DNA from: an uncultured Chloroflexia bacterium
GTDB lineage: Bacteria; Chloroflexota; Limnocylindria; QHBO01
Length of the DNA stretch: 64,000 bases
Assembly (NCBI GenBank): GCA_963825525.1
Contig: CAWGTN010000002.1
Span: 1,664,001 to 1,728,000 of the forward strand
Direction of reading: 5' to 3'
Both the position numbers and the translations under genes were made by a program. Every line of letters begins with the position of its first letter. Within the stretch, counting starts at the first letter, position 1. This document shows positions 61,553-64,000 of this stretch, in pieces. The notes below the pieces were generated by a model. It was not told the DNA's origin. It ran no database searches and saw only the letters and a list, made by a program, of their open reading frames with translations.

Positions 61553-62812
61553 ATGGCGATCGAGCAGCTTCGGGCCGATGTCTTCGACGGCGCGGCGCTA
61601 CGAGCCGATTTTCCGGTCTTCGAACGTCCGCATCGCTCCGGTCGGCCGCTGACCTTCCTCGACTCGGCGGCGTCGGCCCCCAAGCCGCAGGCGGTGATCG
61701 ACGCGGTGGCCGATGCCTACGCGCATCACTATGCCAACGTCCACCGCGGCATCTACGAGCTGAGCGAGGACGCGACGGCCCGGTTCGAGGATGCCCGGCG
61801 TGCGGTGGCGCGCTTCATCGGCGCGCCGAGTGAGCGCGAGGTCGTCTTCGTCCGCAACGCGACCGAGGCGATCAACCTCGTGGCCTACAGCTGGGGTCGG
61901 ACCAACATCGGGGCCGGTGACCTGATCCTGTCGACGGAGATGGAGCACCACGCCAACATCGTGCCGTGGCAGCAGCTTGCCGCCGAGACGGGCGCCACAC
62001 TCGAGTTCGTCGCCATCACCGACGACGGGCGGCTGGACCTCGACGACCTGCGCGCACGCCTGGCCCGAGGCCCGAAGCTGCTGGCCGTCGGGCACGTCAG
62101 CAATGCTATCGGCACCATCAATTCGATCAGCGAGATCAGCCGCCTGGCACACGATGCCGGAGCCCTCGTGATCCTCGACGCCGCCCAGAGCGTGCCGCAC
62201 ATGCCGGTCGACGTGAAGGCGCTCGGCGTCGACTTTCTTGCCCTCTCGGGCCACAAGATGCTCGGCCCGTCCGGGATCGGAGCGCTGTGGGCGCGCCGCG
62301 ACCTGCTCGAGGCCATGCCCCCCTTCCTCACCGGGGGCAGCATGATCAGCAAGGTCACGCTCACCGGAACGACGTGGGCGGAGGTGCCGCTCAAGTTCGA
62401 GGCGGGGACCCCGGCCATCGCGGAGGCCATCGGCCTGCACGCGGCAATCGACTATCTCGAACGCATCGGGATGTCCAAGGTCCGAGCTCACGAGCGCTTC
62501 CTGTTCGAGCGCGCCCGTGAAGCGCTCGAGGTGATCGATGGCGTCCGGATGCTGGGTCCCGAGTCTGCGGAGGAACATGCCGCGGTCATCAGCCTGGTGA
62601 TCGAGGGAGTTCACCCGCACGACGTGGCGACGATCTTCGACCACCACGGGGTTGCCGTCCGCGCCGGACATCACTGCGCACAGCCCGTCATGGCGCGCTA
62701 CGACCTGCCGGCCACCACCCGCGCCAGCTTCTACGTCTACAACGACGTTGACGACATCGACCGACTCGTCGAGGCAATCGCCGCAACACGCACCCTGTTC
62801 GGGGTCGCCTGA
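61553..62812 (+). CDS. sufS: Cysteine desulfurase SufS
   Basis: LDSAAS, ANVHRG, EHHANIVPW, SGHKM, RAGHHCAQP. Confidence 0.96.
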   Translation: MAIEQLRADVFDGAALRADFPVFERPHRSGRPLTFLDSAASAPKPQAVIDAVADAYAHHYANVHRGIYELSEDATARFEDARRAVARFIGAPSEREVVFVRNATEAINLVAYSWGRTNIGAGDLILSTEMEHHANIVPWQQLAAETGATLEFVAITDDGRLDLDDLRARLARGPKLLAVGHVSNAIGTINSISEISRLAHDAGALVILDAAQSVPHMPVDVKALGVDFLALSGHKMLGPSGIGALWARRDLLEAMPPFLTGGSMISKVTLTGTTWAEVPLKFEAGTPAIAEAIGLHAAIDYLERIGMSKVRAHERFLFERAREALEVIDGVRMLGPESAEEHAAVISLVIEGVHPHDVATIFDHHGVAVRAGHHCAQPVMARYDLPATTRASFYVYNDVDDIDRLVEAIAATRTLFGVA

Positions 62813-62813
62813 C

Positions 62814-63236
62814 ATGGACAACCTGTACCGCGACTTCATCCTCGAGCACTACCGCGAGCCGCACAACAAGGGGGTTCTCGATCCCCACGACCTGCACTTC
62901 GCCGATTCGAACCCGACCTGCGGGGACGAGATGTCGATGACGCTGCTCCTTGATGAATCGAAGCAGCGGGTCGCCGACGTGGCGTTCGACGGCCGGGGGT
63001 GTGCCATCAGCCTGGCATCCGCCTCGATCCTGACCGATGAGCTGCGCGGCATGACCCTGGATCAGCTCCGCGAGATGGATCCGCGCGCCGTGGTCGAGAA
63101 CCTGGGCGTCCCGATCGGCCCCGCTCGCCTCAAGTGCGCACTGCTCGGCTACAAGGTGCTCCAGGGCGCCGTCATCGGCGCCGAGGCGCGCTGGCCGGAC
63201 GAAGCCGACGTGCTGGCCGGCGGGTCGGCACCGTGA
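62814..63236 (+). CDS. sufU: SufU / NifU-like sulfur-transfer protein
   Basis: LYRDFILEHY, NPTCGDE, GCAIS, RLKCALL. Confidence 0.92.
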   Translation: MDNLYRDFILEHYREPHNKGVLDPHDLHFADSNPTCGDEMSMTLLLDESKQRVADVAFDGRGCAISLASASILTDELRGMTLDQLREMDPRAVVENLGVPIGPARLKCALLGYKVLQGAVIGAEARWPDEADVLAGGSAP

Positions 63237-63276
63237 GTCGGCGCAACCATCCACCCAGCAAGGAATCAAGGCGACC

Positions 63277-64000
63277 ATGACCACCAACTTCCGTGAAGTG
63301 AGCGCGCCCGAGGCGGTCACGCTCGCCCGATCAGGCCATCGCGTCATCGACGTCCGCGAACAGACCGAGTGGGACAGTGGACACGTCGACGGCGCGACAC
63401 TGCTGCCGCTGAACGAGCTCACCCAGCGCATTGCCGATATCGAGCCCGACCGTGAGGCACCGCTCCTCCTCCATTGCGCGGTCGGCGCACGATCGGGCCG
63501 TGGTGCCGCGAAGCTGGCCGAGATGGGCTACACGAACGTCGTGAGCATGAAGGCACCGCTCGGCGCGTGGAAGGAGCACGGCGGTCCGTGGGAAGAGCCG
63601 CGGCAGCTCCTCACGCCCTCCCAGCAGCGTCGCTATGCGCGGCAGACCCTCATTCCCGAGATCGGGCAGGAGGGCCAGCGCAAGCTGCTCGATGCGAAGG
63701 TTCTGCTGATCGGTGCGGGCGCGCTCGGCTCACCCTCGGCCCTCTACCTCTCGGCATCCGGAATCGGCACCATCGGCCTGGTGGACGATGACGTGGTCGA
63801 AGAGTCGAACCTCCAGCGCCAGGTGCTGCACGGCGTCGATCGGCTCGGCATGCGGAAGGTCGACTCGGGCGAGATCACCATACGAGGGCTCAACCCCGAG
63901 ACGGTCGTCGTGAAGCACGCCGAGCGCCTGAACGCCGACAACGTCGAGAGGCTCATCGCGGACTACGACGTCATCGTGGACGGGACCGACAACTTCGACA
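63277..64000 (+). CDS. moeB: MoeB/MoeZ-type adenylyltransferase with N-terminal rhodanese domain (runs off the window)
   Basis: Manual translation: IDVREQTEW..GHVDGA, HCAVGARS, RYARQTLIPEIG.EGQ, IGAGALGSP, SNLQRQ, DGTDNF. Confidence 0.92.
   Translation, partial: MTTNFREVSAPEAVTLARSGHRVIDVREQTEWDSGHVDGATLLPLNELTQRIADIEPDREAPLLLHCAVGARSGRGAAKLAEMGYTNVVSMKAPLGAWKEHGGPWEEPRQLLTPSQQRRYARQTLIPEIGQEGQRKLLDAKVLLIGAGALGSPSALYLSASGIGTIGLVDDDVVEESNLQRQVLHGVDRLGMRKVDSGEITIRGLNPETVVVKHAERLNADNVERLIADYDVIVDGTDNFD

Overview
High-GC (roughly 70%), gene-dense bacterial chromosome segment. Gene content and leaderless TANNNT promoters suggest a Chloroflexota (Limnocylindria-like) or actinobacterial-type organism (inference). 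Mostly housekeeping: a phosphate cluster (phoR/phoP/phoU/pstSCAB, pit + DUF47) abutting arsR-arsM, a PhoX-like phosphatase, a four-gene FtsX-type ABC system, a CarH/LitR-like B12 regulator with a divergent ECF sigma, pyrR-pyrB-pyrC...pyrE, a second ECF/anti-sigma pair, rsgA, a suf operon and three tRNAs (Lys-TTT, fMet-CAT, Gly-CCC). The standout is a locus at 46.3-50.8 kb: Crp/Fnr regulator, a 122-aa tandem-repeat polypeptide (DDDDVEGHGFRKGAT x6), a stand-alone GAF protein, a signal-less S8 subtilase and an MFS transporter fused to a cNMP-binding domain. This looks like a cyclic-nucleotide-controlled peptide-precursor processing/export system. Other oddities: a CcoN-like protein lacking all metal-ligand histidines, a 20-aa Cys-rich peptide divergent from arsR, a lysyl oxidase fused to CWB2 repeats, and an active/inactive GalT-like pair. 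About ten +1 frameshifts look like sequencing errors. No CRISPR array, integrase or transposase was seen.
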